From sequence record MT446413.1: a stretch of DNA of 64,000 nt; one strand, 5' to 3'. The DNA is from Escherichia virus TH42. The notes under the pieces were generated by a model that was not told where the DNA came from, made no database searches, and saw only the letters and a list, made by a program, of their open reading frames with translations. Every line of letters begins with the position of its first letter. The first letter of the stretch is position 1. Shown piece after piece: positions 1 to 10,366 of the stretch. A program made the translations under genes and the position numbers.

Positions 1-228
1 TACAGACTTAGAACGCCCCATTTCAGGGTCATAGACTTTGACTCGCTTGGCTGTTGAGCCAGTAACTTGCAACACTTTGAGAAGATAACCTTGATTTCCA
101 ATAGACCATGCAACAACATCACGATTCTTGATATAACGACCAAGCATATCACGATGATAGAACTGCTGCATAACTTTAGCTTTGCTAATCTCTTCAGATG
201 GCGGGGCCACTTTACTCAAATCTAACAT
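1..228 (-). CDS. hypothetical protein, N-terminal part (gene runs past window start)
   Basis: Minus-strand ATG at 226-228 (MLDLSKVAPPSEEISKAK...) with open frame to position 1; absent from ORF track because no stop in window. Confidence 0.3.
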   Translation of the reverse strand, partial: MLDLSKVAPPSEEISKAKVMQQFYHRDMLGRYIKNRDVVAWSIGNQGYLLKVLQVTGSTAKRVKVYDPEMGRSKSV

Positions 229-298
229 AACTCTCTCCTGTTTCATACAATATTCTTATACTGTATATACATTTGAGAGTTATCATATCTACTACCAA

Positions 299-514
299 CT
301 AGTAATAAACCTTGCTGGATATGAATCCAGCACTGTTCTGGATATTTTCAATCCAACGATGAATCTCCACCTTTTCAGCGATTCCTAAAGCTTTTGTAGC
401 TTTTATAGTTTTCTTAGCAAGACGAGCCTCTTGTCTTGTGTTGAATAATTGAATACAATCACCACCAAGAGCTTTGTTAGCCCATTTAGTACGAACTGCC
501 CATAATTTATCCAT
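299..514 (-). CDS. small hypothetical protein, KVYY-tail paralog family
   Basis: 71 aa; shares NTRQEAR-x2-KK core and C-terminal KVYY with 514..726 and 935..1183. Confidence 0.4.
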   Translation of the reverse strand: MDKLWAVRTKWANKALGGDCIQLFNTRQEARLAKKTIKATKALGIAEKVEIHRWIENIQNSAGFISSKVYY

Positions 515-726
515 TAGTAATGTACCTTTCCGCTGATATAGAAACGACCTGATTTAAAGTCTTGAGCTTTGTGGATAGTGATCTTATTAATTGTGCTTTC
601 ACAACTTAACAAGAACTTCTTATGAGCGCGAGCTTCTTGACGGGTATTCCTAATACCCATTGACTCTGTACCACTGCTCCAGTGAATACGAACTACCCAA
701 CGTCTTTTCATTGTTCCAAACTCCAT
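514..726 (-). CDS. small hypothetical protein, KVYY-tail paralog family
   Basis: 70 aa; IRNTRQEARAHKK ... ISGKVHY; tandem paralog. Confidence 0.4.
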   Translation of the reverse strand: MEFGTMKRRWVVRIHWSSGTESMGIRNTRQEARAHKKFLLSCESTINKITIHKAQDFKSGRFYISGKVHY

Positions 727-917
727 TATCTGTCAACCGATTTAGGGACAAACTGCATTACACAGACCTGATTACGAGGGAGATTTATTTCACAAGCGGC
801 TCTTCTCGTCTCAATCTTAACGCTAGAATCTGGACCAACGTTAGATATAAATACTCCCATAGCAAATGCCCCAACTACAAAACCAATAGCTAAGTAAGTA
901 GCTTTTTCTTCTTTCAT
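726..917 (-). CDS. small membrane protein
   Basis: 63 aa; N-terminal hydrophobic helix ATYLAIGFVVGAFAMGVFI. Confidence 0.35.
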   Translation of the reverse strand: MKEEKATYLAIGFVVGAFAMGVFISNVGPDSSVKIETRRAACEINLPRNQVCVMQFVPKSVDR

Positions 918-934
918 CTTGGTTATACACCTTA

Positions 935-1183
935 TTAGTAATATACCTTTTCATTGATAACTAAAGTGTCGTAATTCTCTGTCTGAGAGTGGACCGCTTT
1001 ATGTATAGTGGCAACTACATCAACAGCATCTTTAAAACGTCGGTAGTGGTTTATAGTTACCTGTTTGAGACGTCTAGCCTCCTCTCTTGAGGGAAGCTGA
1101 GTTTTCAGAACAGTGATTTTACCTGTTGAAAGCTTGGTAATCACAACTTTCAGTGCCCAACAATCCAGAGCAGCCTTTTTCAT
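935..1183 (-). CDS. small hypothetical protein, KVYY-tail paralog family
   Basis: 82 aa; PSREEARRLKQ ... INEKVYY. Confidence 0.4.
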   Translation of the reverse strand: MKKAALDCWALKVVITKLSTGKITVLKTQLPSREEARRLKQVTINHYRRFKDAVDVVATIHKAVHSQTENYDTLVINEKVYY

Positions 1184-1192
1184 TTTTAATCC

Positions 1193-1726
1193 TTATACAC
1201 CTTTAGATGCAACTACACCACTACTACCGTTATAACGACCCTTCACTGCATAGGAATCATCACCAGCGTGAGAGTGTTCAAACATAACCATTTGACCAAC
1301 ACGCATCCCAGCACGAACTCGTAAGCTGTGGTTGTGAGTAACATTATGGAACTCAAAGGTCAGCTTACTGTTGTTAAACCCTGCATCAGCCCAACCAGCA
1401 TGGAGGTGGTTCAAGCCACAGCGAGCCATTGAGGAGCGGAGTACAAACAAACTTGAGATATTATCTGGAAGGTTAAACTCTTCCATTGAGTGAGCTAAGA
1501 AGAATTGTCCCGGAGTGATGACAATACCATCTTCAGGGATTTTCACTTCTTTCCACTTGAGATTTTCTTTAGCATCAATGTCAACAATGCCGTCAGCCTG
1601 TTCTTCAACAAGGATAGTATCACCAATACGGATATCCACGCTAGCAGCGTTAACATATTTATGCTCCGCATCTAAAAAGCCATTATCAATAACGTTGTGT
1701 AGTTCTTGAGAACCTAAAAGACTCAT
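1193..1726 (-). CDS. dcd: dCTP deaminase
   Basis: 177 aa; dCTP deaminase/dUTPase-fold motifs (SVDIRIGDT, FVLRSSMARCGLNH, GWADAGF). Confidence 0.8.
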   Translation of the reverse strand: MSLLGSQELHNVIDNGFLDAEHKYVNAASVDIRIGDTILVEEQADGIVDIDAKENLKWKEVKIPEDGIVITPGQFFLAHSMEEFNLPDNISSLFVLRSSMARCGLNHLHAGWADAGFNNSKLTFEFHNVTHNHSLRVRAGMRVGQMVMFEHSHAGDDSYAVKGRYNGSSGVVASKGV

Positions 1727-3159
1727 GAGTTTCTGTTTCCTTGTACAGATGATGCCAAATTGTTAATCATGTTACGAGCTGTTTCACGAGTCAGCGTAAC
1801 ACCTGCTAAGTTACTATCAAGTTCACCAACTAATTCACGAGCTGTTGCTCGGAGTTCTGCACCAAGTGCAGTGTTAGAATGAGCCAGACCATTACGACGA
1901 CCAACAGGTCGAGCGTCGTTAGCTAAAGATGCAAAGCCAGTACGAGCAGCTTCACGAGCCGCTATAGCTGCTACCCGATCTTCTGTAGGGGTTGGCAAAT
2001 CACCAACTTCTACACGTTCTATATCACTAGAACGTAGACCCTGAACAACAGAGCTAACTGTTTCCCATGAACGACGGGAACGCTGCAAATCACCCATAGA
2101 TGGAGAAGAAGCAGGTCGAACAGTTACTCCACCTGTATCATGAGTGACGTGCCATGTACGAGTACCCATTCCAGAAGAACGGGCACTACCAAAACTACCA
2201 GTGAAAGTATCACGAGGTGCCTCTGTAGCAGGTGCTGCGAATCTTGTCTGTTGCCAAGAGTCACGTCTGTCAGTTCCCGGAGTCCAAGGCTGCGTAATTG
2301 CTTCAACACCAATAGTGGTTAATTCACTAGACCAATCTGTCTGTAGGTTAACCTCTTCATCCAGATAGTTACGACCCGCTTCCTGAGGAATATTTAATAC
2401 AGTTTCCATCATCTTCAAGGTGTAGTGGCGACGTTGATTCTGATACAAGTTTACACCAGCCATAGGCCCAACTAAATCACTGATCAGATGAACTTCTGGT
2501 TCACCAAAAGCTCCCATTGCAAGGTGCATATACTCAGTAGAACTGCTGTAAACTGCAACTGTTGCTTCAGGCCACTTTTTGTGGACATACTTCATGTCAC
2601 GACTTGTCACCACAGGGATATCATTAGTATATGCCATTGCAAACATACCTTCGTTCGACACATACATATCATCGAGAGTCATAAACCCTTGACAAATCAT
2701 AGGGAAGCGACCTCTCAGAGTATCCATATCCAGAGGGAGGTTAATCATCATCTGAATCTTCACTTCGTCAATCTCCACTTCCAAAATCTCTTGGAAAGTG
2801 AAAAGTGCTTCAGCGTAATTTGTCCCACTAACAGGCTGAACTAGGCGAGATGTAGTTTGAAGCCCTTTACTCTCTGTCCAAGACAAGAAGTTGTCAAGGA
2901 ACAGTGCAGCATTACCCACGTTAGCAGGGCTGTTTTCCTGACGAGTGTTCCAACGAAATCCTCCTTGAACTAGGAAGATATCAACGTCATTCGGAGTTCG
3001 ATTTTGGAAGAACGTATCACGGATAGCACCACCCGCAATAACAGGATAGATACCATCAGGGACTACGTTATCTCTGATCAAATTACGAATCAGGTCAAGC
3101 CCTACACTGAGGGCTTCTCCTTCTTGAAGGTTTAATTCAGACAATGGAATCTTAATCAT
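1723..3159 (-). CDS. nucleotidyltransferase (CCA-adding / poly(A) polymerase head-domain family) with low-complexity C-terminal tail
   Basis: 478 aa; N-terminal VIAGGAIRDTFF...NDVDIF matches the Pol-beta NTase motif GGAVRD-x-LLG...DxD; last ~150 aa Arg/Ser/Ala-rich low complexity. Confidence 0.5.
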   Translation of the reverse strand: MIKIPLSELNLQEGEALSVGLDLIRNLIRDNVVPDGIYPVIAGGAIRDTFFQNRTPNDVDIFLVQGGFRWNTRQENSPANVGNAALFLDNFLSWTESKGLQTTSRLVQPVSGTNYAEALFTFQEILEVEIDEVKIQMMINLPLDMDTLRGRFPMICQGFMTLDDMYVSNEGMFAMAYTNDIPVVTSRDMKYVHKKWPEATVAVYSSSTEYMHLAMGAFGEPEVHLISDLVGPMAGVNLYQNQRRHYTLKMMETVLNIPQEAGRNYLDEEVNLQTDWSSELTTIGVEAITQPWTPGTDRRDSWQQTRFAAPATEAPRDTFTGSFGSARSSGMGTRTWHVTHDTGGVTVRPASSPSMGDLQRSRRSWETVSSVVQGLRSSDIERVEVGDLPTPTEDRVAAIAAREAARTGFASLANDARPVGRRNGLAHSNTALGAELRATARELVGELDSNLAGVTLTRETARNMINNLASSVQGNRNS

Positions 3160-3161
3160 TT

Positions 3162-3710
3162 CTACATTTTCCAGTTGAGAGATGGGGGATTCTTATAATC
3201 AAATCCTGCCATTTGGCAAAGACACATGTAAACCTTAACTGTTAAGTTAACGTCTTGCTCACAATATGTGAACATGTCTTCAGTGAATGCATCCCATGCT
3301 TCTTCCTGCTCACCATAATCACCCTTCAGTTCACCCAGAAATTCGCCCCATTGCTTGAGGCCATGACCACGAGGGCCATGTCTAGGGTCGCCTTTGGGAT
3401 ATTCTGGATTATCTCCAATACGGTCAGGCTTGAGATAACGACTCAGGCAAAGTGTATCAAAGACATTGAAGTGGAAAGGTATTACATGAGAGTAGAATTT
3501 AAAGAGAGCTGGTAGGTCAAAATCTATGATGTTGTGTCCTACAACTATATCAGCTTCCTTCAGTTTGTGAAGAGCTTCTTCAATTTGGTGAGGGCGATAC
3601 CCCCACCGTTCACCTGTAAGAACATCAAATATCCAGATACACCAGACATTTTGGATGCCCTCATAGAGATTATCACCCTCGATATCGAAGGCGAATATTT
3701 TCTTTACCAA
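3162..3710 (-). CDS. DnaQ-like (DEDDy) 3'-5' exonuclease
   Basis: 182 aa; Exo I FDIEGD, Exo II HNIIDFD, Exo III YCEQD motifs. Confidence 0.75.
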   Translation of the reverse strand: MVKKIFAFDIEGDNLYEGIQNVWCIWIFDVLTGERWGYRPHQIEEALHKLKEADIVVGHNIIDFDLPALFKFYSHVIPFHFNVFDTLCLSRYLKPDRIGDNPEYPKGDPRHGPRGHGLKQWGEFLGELKGDYGEQEEAWDAFTEDMFTYCEQDVNLTVKVYMCLCQMAGFDYKNPPSLNWKM

Positions 3711-5494
3711 GGTCGTGCCTCCCCGTCTTGTGTGAGCAGAGAAGCTGCATCCTCACCATTGGTCAAGACAAACGGATTAGCTTCATCAACTTCGTGATCT
3801 TCTCGTTCTACAAGTCGACCTGTTTCATTGATATACTTGGTGTAGCAAACACCTGTCTGACCGTAGTTACGCTCCTTGAGAAGTCGTATGATTGACAAGT
3901 TCTTGCCTAACCCATCCGCTTGCTTATCTCGCTCAAAACCGATGATGCACTGACACCAACGCATCAGTGAACGTGAACCAGTGAACTGAACTTCTTTCAC
4001 CTGCCCACCTTCTTCGTGAGGAGCACCACCTGCCGGAGCATTCAAGTGAGATAATACAAAAGCAGTGAAGTCTAATTCCTTACACATACCAGCAAGCTCT
4101 GAAGCAATCTTACTGATTTCTGTATTCACCTCAGATGGAGTTAGGTGAGAAACTAATGCAGTGATGTTATCAAGAATGATAAACTTACACTGATTCTCAA
4201 CTACCCAGAAGCGAATACACTGCTTAATATCATCCCACTCATTCTGTCCGAAGTTGTCATACAAGAAGAACTTGTCAGCGTAACGGAGTGCTTCGTCACG
4301 TAGCTGAGATTCCTCATATTCAACATCAGGTCGGTGGAAAGGTACAGATGCTGATTTACCTGCAATGTTTTTAACAGACATGCCTACCTTCTCTTCCAAG
4401 AAGAAGCCACCACCATTAAAACCATGCTCAAGGCAAAGCCATGCTACCAGTTCGTGTGCGATTAAGGTTTTACCTGAACCAACACCACCACCGATTGCAA
4501 CCATCTCTCCCCAACGAATGCCGAAGGTCATTTCATTCAGAGTTTTCCACGGATAAGGAATACCCCATTCCGCTTTCTTCAGAGCGTCTTCTAAACAATC
4601 AAAGACAGTAACAGCACCAGCAGGTGATTCCCGCTTCGCTGAATATTTCAGATTGTTGAATAGCTCTTGACCTCGACCAGCGAGTAACATGTCATTTGCA
4701 TCTTTGATTTCCTTCTCTTGACCATTGTAAGTGAAGGTTCCTTTCGGAATACGAGCAAATTTAACATGGGGATATAATGCACGACCTTTAGTTAATGCAA
4801 TCTCACCTGCATCATCATTGTCCATGCAGAGCACAATCTCCTCAAAACCATTCAAGAAGTCACGGTTACGTGAGAGAACGGAAGAGATTGAACCTGCACC
4901 AAACGGTAGAGATACACACGCAGGTTTGATGTTTGTAGCGTTCGTGAACGCAGTGAGCACATGGAAGCCAGACATACAAGAGAGTGGGTCTTCAAAGATG
5001 AAGAGCTTCTTGTTGTACACGTCCCCGCGTTGTGCTTGAGCCATACCGAATAGGTCAGCTTCTTTAACACTGCCGATGTAATAGAATTTCTTGCTGTCTA
5101 GAAGCTTAACTTCATAACCAACAATGTTTCCATCACGTTCACGAGGGAAGAAGTAACTATCAGGAGTTTGCCCATCTGTCTGACTCAAACCAATACGGCA
5201 TTCATACCGTTCAGAGACAGCTTTAGGAATCAAACGACGAGTAAGCTCACCCTGAGGCAGCTCTAAGCAATCGTCTAAGATCTCTCGGAGTTCTTCAGGG
5301 GATAGTTCTTTCTTTTCATTCGGTGTAGGAGTTGTTCCCTTTTCGAAAACTTCATAACTACCACAACGATTACAACTGCCCCACTCTTCACCGGACTCTT
5401 CGTTTCGGAAGAGAATCATGTGATTGTGGGTCTTATCACGACCATGAGAGATACATTCTTTACAACCTGTATCCCCTAAAATGATCTTTGACAT
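3704..5494 (-). CDS. DNA primase/helicase (T7 gp4-like)
   Basis: 596 aa; N-terminal Cys4 zinc motif (CKEC...CNRC), TOPRIM-like middle, Walker [10 protein letters not shown] and DnaB-like helicase C-terminus. Confidence 0.85.
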   Translation of the reverse strand: MSKIILGDTGCKECISHGRDKTHNHMILFRNEESGEEWGSCNRCGSYEVFEKGTTPTPNEKKELSPEELREILDDCLELPQGELTRRLIPKAVSERYECRIGLSQTDGQTPDSYFFPRERDGNIVGYEVKLLDSKKFYYIGSVKEADLFGMAQAQRGDVYNKKLFIFEDPLSCMSGFHVLTAFTNATNIKPACVSLPFGAGSISSVLSRNRDFLNGFEEIVLCMDNDDAGEIALTKGRALYPHVKFARIPKGTFTYNGQEKEIKDANDMLLAGRGQELFNNLKYSAKRESPAGAVTVFDCLEDALKKAEWGIPYPWKTLNEMTFGIRWGEMVAIGGGVGSGKTLIAHELVAWLCLEHGFNGGGFFLEEKVGMSVKNIAGKSASVPFHRPDVEYEESQLRDEALRYADKFFLYDNFGQNEWDDIKQCIRFWVVENQCKFIILDNITALVSHLTPSEVNTEISKIASELAGMCKELDFTAFVLSHLNAPAGGAPHEEGGQVKEVQFTGSRSLMRWCQCIIGFERDKQADGLGKNLSIIRLLKERNYGQTGVCYTKYINETGRLVEREDHEVDEANPFVLTNGEDAASLLTQDGEARPW

Positions 5495-5530
5495 GCTCTA
5501 TCCTCCTTGGAATTCCTTGAGCAGACTTCT

Positions 5531-5737
5531 TCAATAAAACGAACGTATTTCTTCCCACACATCATCTTGAAGACTTTTAAAACCCTGTAAAGCTGATTGG
5601 GTTCTCATGATAAAATCTTCAGAATGTTTATTGCGGTCAAGCATACTGACAAACTTGTCATAGCGGTTAATCTTCCACCGTAACTTTAAGTAGTCAGACT
5701 CGAGCTTTCTCAGCTTCTGTCGCTCAGTTACTGTCAT
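5531..5737 (-). CDS. hypothetical protein
   Basis: Start placed at internal ATG (MTVTERQKLRKLE...) preceded by AGGTGA SD; the longer track ORF (to 5836) would overlap the upstream gene by >100 nt. Confidence 0.3.
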   Translation of the reverse strand: MTVTERQKLRKLESDYLKLRWKINRYDKFVSMLDRNKHSEDFIMRTQSALQGFKSLQDDVWEEIRSFY

Positions 5738-6155
5738 CCTGATCACCTGCCAGATACGCTGTCCAGTCGCCAGATTCAACCAGAACATCTTGTTCTTCGT
5801 CGATATGATAAATCCATGCTTCCACAGTTTCACCACTATCCAGCACTACTGGAATTAGTGTACGATTGTAGAAAGTGTATGGATTGTCTTTACCACGATA
5901 ACCTTCCAGACCGTCATACGGACCTTCCAAACCAGCTTGAGTTGTTTCAAATACTTCCACACGAACAGGCTTGCCATTGCTGTCGTGCTCCAGAGACACA
6001 CTTGGGAAGTATGCTGTGCAATACTGATACAGGTTACAGTTGTTCACTGTCCAACCCTCACCAATAGACACACCACCGGCACGAGCATTGATAGCGTGGT
6101 TGTGTTGACCTTTTCTCAAGCTGCCGTAAGTTGCTACTAATACTTTATCAGACAT
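5724..6155 (-). CDS. gamma-glutamyl cyclotransferase-like (GGCT/AIG2 fold) protein
   Basis: 143 aa; N-terminal ATYGSL motif and size typical of GGCT family. Confidence 0.5.
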   Translation of the reverse strand: MSDKVLVATYGSLRKGQHNHAINARAGGVSIGEGWTVNNCNLYQYCTAYFPSVSLEHDSNGKPVRVEVFETTQAGLEGPYDGLEGYRGKDNPYTFYNRTLIPVVLDSGETVEAWIYHIDEEQDVLVESGDWTAYLAGDQDDSN

Positions 6156-6220
6156 TATATTACCTTTTGTGTTTCAGTTAAATTTGAACTAGCCCCCTCT
6201 TCCGAAGAGGCTAAAGCAAA

Positions 6221-6406
6221 TTATTCTACTTCGAAGTGTTTGATCACACCAGTCAACACGTCAGATTGGAATGTACCTACCAACTCTACTCCTCGGAAGA
6301 AGTTAACACTTGTTCCAAGTGATTCAAAGCGATCTGCTTGAATATCTAGAGATTGAATATTACCTTCTGAGTTTACTGTACGAAACATGATTGTGTATTT
6401 ATTCAC
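6221..6406 (-). CDS. hypothetical protein
   Basis: 61 aa ORF, co-oriented and tightly packed (stop overlaps next start). Confidence 0.35.
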   Translation of the reverse strand: MNKYTIMFRTVNSEGNIQSLDIQADRFESLGTSVNFFRGVELVGTFQSDVLTGVIKHFEVE

Positions 6407-6645
6407 AGAGTTGTTACTCCCTTATCTTCTTGTGCAATTGCGATGATACGCTCAACACATTCCATTGAATATTTATCACCTCGTTTAAGGAAGGTGACAA
6501 TTGCAGAGAACTGATTACCAATCATTCTCTTGTTTGTGATTCCAAACTCTTCACAGAGTTGGTTAATAGCTTTACGAGAACCAACAATCAGAGGTTCTTT
6601 TTGTTCGGTCATTCCACGACTGATCAAATCTTCGATAGACAACAT
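6403..6645 (-). CDS. hypothetical protein
   Basis: 80 aa ORF in operon context. Confidence 0.4.
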   Translation of the reverse strand: MLSIEDLISRGMTEQKEPLIVGSRKAINQLCEEFGITNKRMIGNQFSAIVTFLKRGDKYSMECVERIIAIAQEDKGVTTL

Positions 6646-6665
6646 TACAAATTCCTTTTGTTTAA

Positions 6666-7913
6666 TTACAGAGTTACTGCCACTTCACTACCTTCAACAG
6701 TTACAGACTCTAACTTACGAGGGTTGTGGACTTGTTGCGGATGAACCGGAACGTTCCAGCCACTGCGGTAGAAGTTACGACCATCGCAGAACAGAATGAC
6801 ATTGGCAGACATTGCATTAGGTTGCAGGTTGTTATGAACATGACGAATATCTGCAATCCAGTAACCACGAGACAACACATAACCAGTAGGTGCATTACGG
6901 ATTGTCTGAGTATTCATCTGACCTTCCAGTTGCATTTCTTCAGGAACTACATCCACTGAATCAACCGGCTGTGCGACTTGGCCTTCCAGTGCGAAGTTTT
7001 CATCATCAGCACTTTCACTGTCAGCAACCAATTCACCATCTCCATCTTCAATTGGAGCTTCAACAGGAGTCTGGTAAACCACTTTATACTGAGGAGTATA
7101 GAGAGGGTTTTGAGCTTTAACAAACTCAAGGATGTTGTGACGGTAGGTATCCAGAGTTGTACCAGTCAGGCCCGGTGCTGTATTAACTTCCAGTACCCAT
7201 GCTTCTCGACCTTTGGTAATGATATCAACTGCACCAAAATCCAGACCCATCGATTCAACGGCCTTCACTGCGTTGATCAGAGATGTATCGTTCGGAACAT
7301 CCGTAAAAGAGCTTGAGTAAACCCAACCAGTGTGATGGTTACGAACATCTTCACGATAGTTAGGGTCTTCACGATAACCATTACGACGAATTTTCTTCTG
7401 AACATAGGTGATTGCACCTTTGAACACATGGACACGCCATTCACGACGTGGGCCTTGAATACCTTTGGTGTACAGTTCAGCTTGACCAACTGAATCACGA
7501 GGCTCAACAACAATAATACCCGAACCAGAGTGACCAGTCAGTTCATGACGTTCATACACAATGTTGCCAGAGTTTGACCACTCCTGAGCAATCTCTTGAA
7601 CATCTGTATACTCAACAGTTTTAACACCTGCTTGGTCCATCACGCTGAAAGCACGACGTTTGTTCGCTGCCATGTGTAAGGCTGCGGTACGGTTAAGAAC
7701 AGTTGCAGAACCAAAGAAGGATTCAGGATAGCGGCGGTTTCCGTAGTTCACAACCACATCACCCTCACGAGAACGCCAGCGACTGTTCTCAGAAAGAAGA
7801 CCCATTACGTTAGCGTTGATACGTTCATCACGGATAGTATCACTAATGGCAGTTACCAGAGCGTTAACAGAATCAGAAGGGCCATACGGAAGAACACGGA
7901 TACGAGTAGTCAT
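6666..7913 (-). CDS. ATP-grasp family ligase
   Basis: 415 aa; ATP-grasp C-terminal signature DFGAVDIITKGREAWVLEVNTAPGL, upstream GSGIIVVE; acidic C-terminal extension. Confidence 0.65.
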   Translation of the reverse strand: MTTRIRVLPYGPSDSVNALVTAISDTIRDERINANVMGLLSENSRWRSREGDVVVNYGNRRYPESFFGSATVLNRTAALHMAANKRRAFSVMDQAGVKTVEYTDVQEIAQEWSNSGNIVYERHELTGHSGSGIIVVEPRDSVGQAELYTKGIQGPRREWRVHVFKGAITYVQKKIRRNGYREDPNYREDVRNHHTGWVYSSSFTDVPNDTSLINAVKAVESMGLDFGAVDIITKGREAWVLEVNTAPGLTGTTLDTYRHNILEFVKAQNPLYTPQYKVVYQTPVEAPIEDGDGELVADSESADDENFALEGQVAQPVDSVDVVPEEMQLEGQMNTQTIRNAPTGYVLSRGYWIADIRHVHNNLQPNAMSANVILFCDGRNFYRSGWNVPVHPQQVHNPRKLESVTVEGSEVAVTL

Positions 7914-7915
7914 TT

Positions 7916-8146
7916 TTAGATACCTTTTAGTTTAAGAATTTCGTTACGACAGGATTGAATTTTAACTTCGATTTCCCAATACTTGGCGAACATCTCGTCT
8001 TCTTGGTCATCGCTTGGTGAATCAATTAGGTTAAAAGCAAACGGATACAGCTTTCGCTGCTCCGTTACCAGTTGTTGAAGTCGGAGTTGTTGATACTCCA
8101 GCATTGTCAGGTGAGGCTTAGCTCCCTTGCTTGACATGAGGCTCAA
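7916..8146 (-). CDS. hypothetical protein
   Basis: 76 aa ORF in operon context. Confidence 0.35.
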   Translation of the reverse strand: MSLMSSKGAKPHLTMLEYQQLRLQQLVTEQRKLYPFAFNLIDSPSDDQEDEMFAKYWEIEVKIQSCRNEILKLKGI

Positions 8147-8351
8147 CTTTAATCCCCTTCAATTTCACATAGTCAGCCAACACGTTGTTGATAACGGTTG
8201 GGAAAGGGATTTCAACTGGAGAGTTAACCAGTCCCCCAATACCTTCTTGCATCCATTTCTGAATAGCTCGAAGGTTATCACATCCTGTGCTTGTCATTGG
8301 GATACGTCGAGTGGTTACAACGTTATCCAACATCAATTTACGAACTTCCAT
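8118..8351 (-). CDS. hypothetical protein
   Basis: 77 aa ORF in operon context. Confidence 0.35.
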   Translation of the reverse strand: MEVRKLMLDNVVTTRRIPMTSTGCDNLRAIQKWMQEGIGGLVNSPVEIPFPTVINNVLADYVKLKGIKVEPHVKQGS

Positions 8352-8362
8352 AACTTCACCTC

Positions 8363-10366
8363 TTAATGTTTACCTTTACAGTAATCTGAATTACAGATCA
8401 CCCTGTTTTCTTTGTTTAGTGAGCAAACTTCTGCATCACGCCACGGAATTTGTTTATAACAGACTGCACAAAACCCAATTGAAGTCCAGAGGGCTTTTGT
8501 GAACTCAGCTGTTCGTTGTCCGTCGTAACTGACAACTGTTTTTCGGAGAGTTGTTTGCTTTTCTGGAAATGTTTCCGCTTTCTCAGCGGGCACCTCCTTT
8601 GGGGCATTCTTTGGACCATAAACAGAGATGGCATAGGTATCGCCACCACGTTTTTCCAAGTAAGAGTTTGGAACATCAGACAATTCAATGTCACCAGAAC
8701 GTTTAGCTGAGCTGACCATTACAATCATCCGGCTAAGCATACGCTGATCAACACGAACTGCTACTTCAGGGCGACGTGGGTTGGTTGTGTCAACTGCTTT
8801 AGTCCAAATGTAACCTTCAGACAATGTAGTGTTAGTCACTTTGTCTTTGATCTCTTTGGCACAGACATAACAAATATCTTCACCACGAAGTTTACTCATT
8901 TCGTTATCAAACTCGAAATCAGTTTTAACATTGCCACATACAGCACAGACACCCAAAGGAATGTCTTCATCTTCTTCAGACGGTTTGGACAATGCTTCGA
9001 AACAGGCCGGATGCCAATATGCTTGGTAAGCGAACACAGCTTTCTTAGCATCTTTCCATTCAATGTGCTTGTCACAACCGCCACAATCACCATGAGAATG
9101 TGATTCCCAGAACTTACGGGTGACTTCCACACCATTCTTAGTGATGAAGGAGTCTTCTAAATCAAAAGGGATATCATCATCAAAATCAGCGGTGGTGCTT
9201 TGAGGCTCCTTATCGGTAGCATCAACAAACAGCCCTGAAGTGAGTACGAGGCGAATCATACTGTCCACTTCGGAGATACAAGCAACCGTCCCGCGATACA
9301 CCACCTTTGGGTTTTCGAGAGCCTTCAAGTATTCACTCTTGGCTACATTATGAACATCACCCTCAACATACTCTTGAGCAGCGTCATCATAAATATAACC
9401 AACCATCTTACCACGGTCAGTGTTGTTGTAAGCGTGGAACTCGTGAGGGATGATATCCACACGACCGTCACGACGATACGGAAGACCACGATCGGCAGCC
9501 AGTTTATTCTGATCTTCAATCGCTTTACGACGACGAATGTCTCCGCTTGTCACGCCGGGCTTGTCGTCTTTGTTTCCGTAAATGTCGCTTGTGCTGCTGC
9601 TTGATTTGTTTGTCTGTTGGTTCTGATACAGAGAGGAGTTCGAGTAATAGCCGCCCCAGCGACTCGTTACCGTAAAAACCGGAAGCTTGTGCTCCACCTC
9701 TTGAGTCAGAGTCATACGGTTGCCAGACAAATCAAAGATGTATTCAGTTCCCACTTTACACTCAAAGTGATCATTGATACGGTTCTTGTGTGACTTGGAA
9801 CGATTAAGAATCCACATCAACATATCTTCTTCAGAAGCACCAAACCAATCCAGACCACAACGGGCCAGATGGAAAGGACGTTCATCATTACGAATGATAT
9901 GCAGAGTATTGTCTTTGGCGTCATGCCAGATTAAAGTGAACGCACCATCCAACTTCTGGATAGTCTCTGCTGCACCAATGGTGTTGATTGAATGACAGAT
10001 GTTTTCGCTATCAACTTCGAAATTCTTATGATCTGGTAATAGTTCCTGATCTAACAGTGTACCATTATGAACCAGAGTAATGTCACCATGAGAGAAAGGG
10101 TGAGCATTTCGAGCATTGACAGCACCACGTGTGGCATGTCGGCTATGACCAACAATCCACGATGGAGGAACTACATAGTTCGTAAGCCCCTTAGTAAGAT
10201 TCGTGTACCCTGTCTGGAGCATAAAGGCATAGGAAGGAAGTGCTTCTTTATAAGAAAATACTTTTTCATCACCTTTACGCTGACCGAACACACCAGTTGA
10301 GTGCTGACCACGGAAGACTCCAGCATACAGAAGCTGGTTGAATACGTCTAAGTCTGTGGAGGTCAT
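8363..10366 (-). CDS. class II (Ntn) glutamine amidotransferase domain protein with C-terminal multi-Cys zinc-ribbon region; true start probably AUU at 10396
   Basis: N-terminal ~250 aa align to PurF/GlmS-type GATase (RGQHSTGV, VGHSRHATRGAVNARNAHPF, ITLVHNGTL); C-terminal half has several CxxC pairs; nucleophile Cys lies upstream of first ATG. Confidence 0.7.
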   Translation of the reverse strand: MTSTDLDVFNQLLYAGVFRGQHSTGVFGQRKGDEKVFSYKEALPSYAFMLQTGYTNLTKGLTNYVVPPSWIVGHSRHATRGAVNARNAHPFSHGDITLVHNGTLLDQELLPDHKNFEVDSENICHSINTIGAAETIQKLDGAFTLIWHDAKDNTLHIIRNDERPFHLARCGLDWFGASEEDMLMWILNRSKSHKNRINDHFECKVGTEYIFDLSGNRMTLTQEVEHKLPVFTVTSRWGGYYSNSSLYQNQQTNKSSSSTSDIYGNKDDKPGVTSGDIRRRKAIEDQNKLAADRGLPYRRDGRVDIIPHEFHAYNNTDRGKMVGYIYDDAAQEYVEGDVHNVAKSEYLKALENPKVVYRGTVACISEVDSMIRLVLTSGLFVDATDKEPQSTTADFDDDIPFDLEDSFITKNGVEVTRKFWESHSHGDCGGCDKHIEWKDAKKAVFAYQAYWHPACFEALSKPSEEDEDIPLGVCAVCGNVKTDFEFDNEMSKLRGEDICYVCAKEIKDKVTNTTLSEGYIWTKAVDTTNPRRPEVAVRVDQRMLSRMIVMVSSAKRSGDIELSDVPNSYLEKRGGDTYAISVYGPKNAPKEVPAEKAETFPEKQTTLRKTVVSYDGQRTAEFTKALWTSIGFCAVCYKQIPWRDAEVCSLNKENRVICNSDYCKGKH

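Noticed and set aside
1723-3159. 478-aa protein as the DNA polymerase catalytic subunit
   Set aside because: No family A or B polymerase motifs; the N-terminus matches the Pol-beta-type nucleotidyltransferase head instead. The polymerase gene is presumably outside the window.
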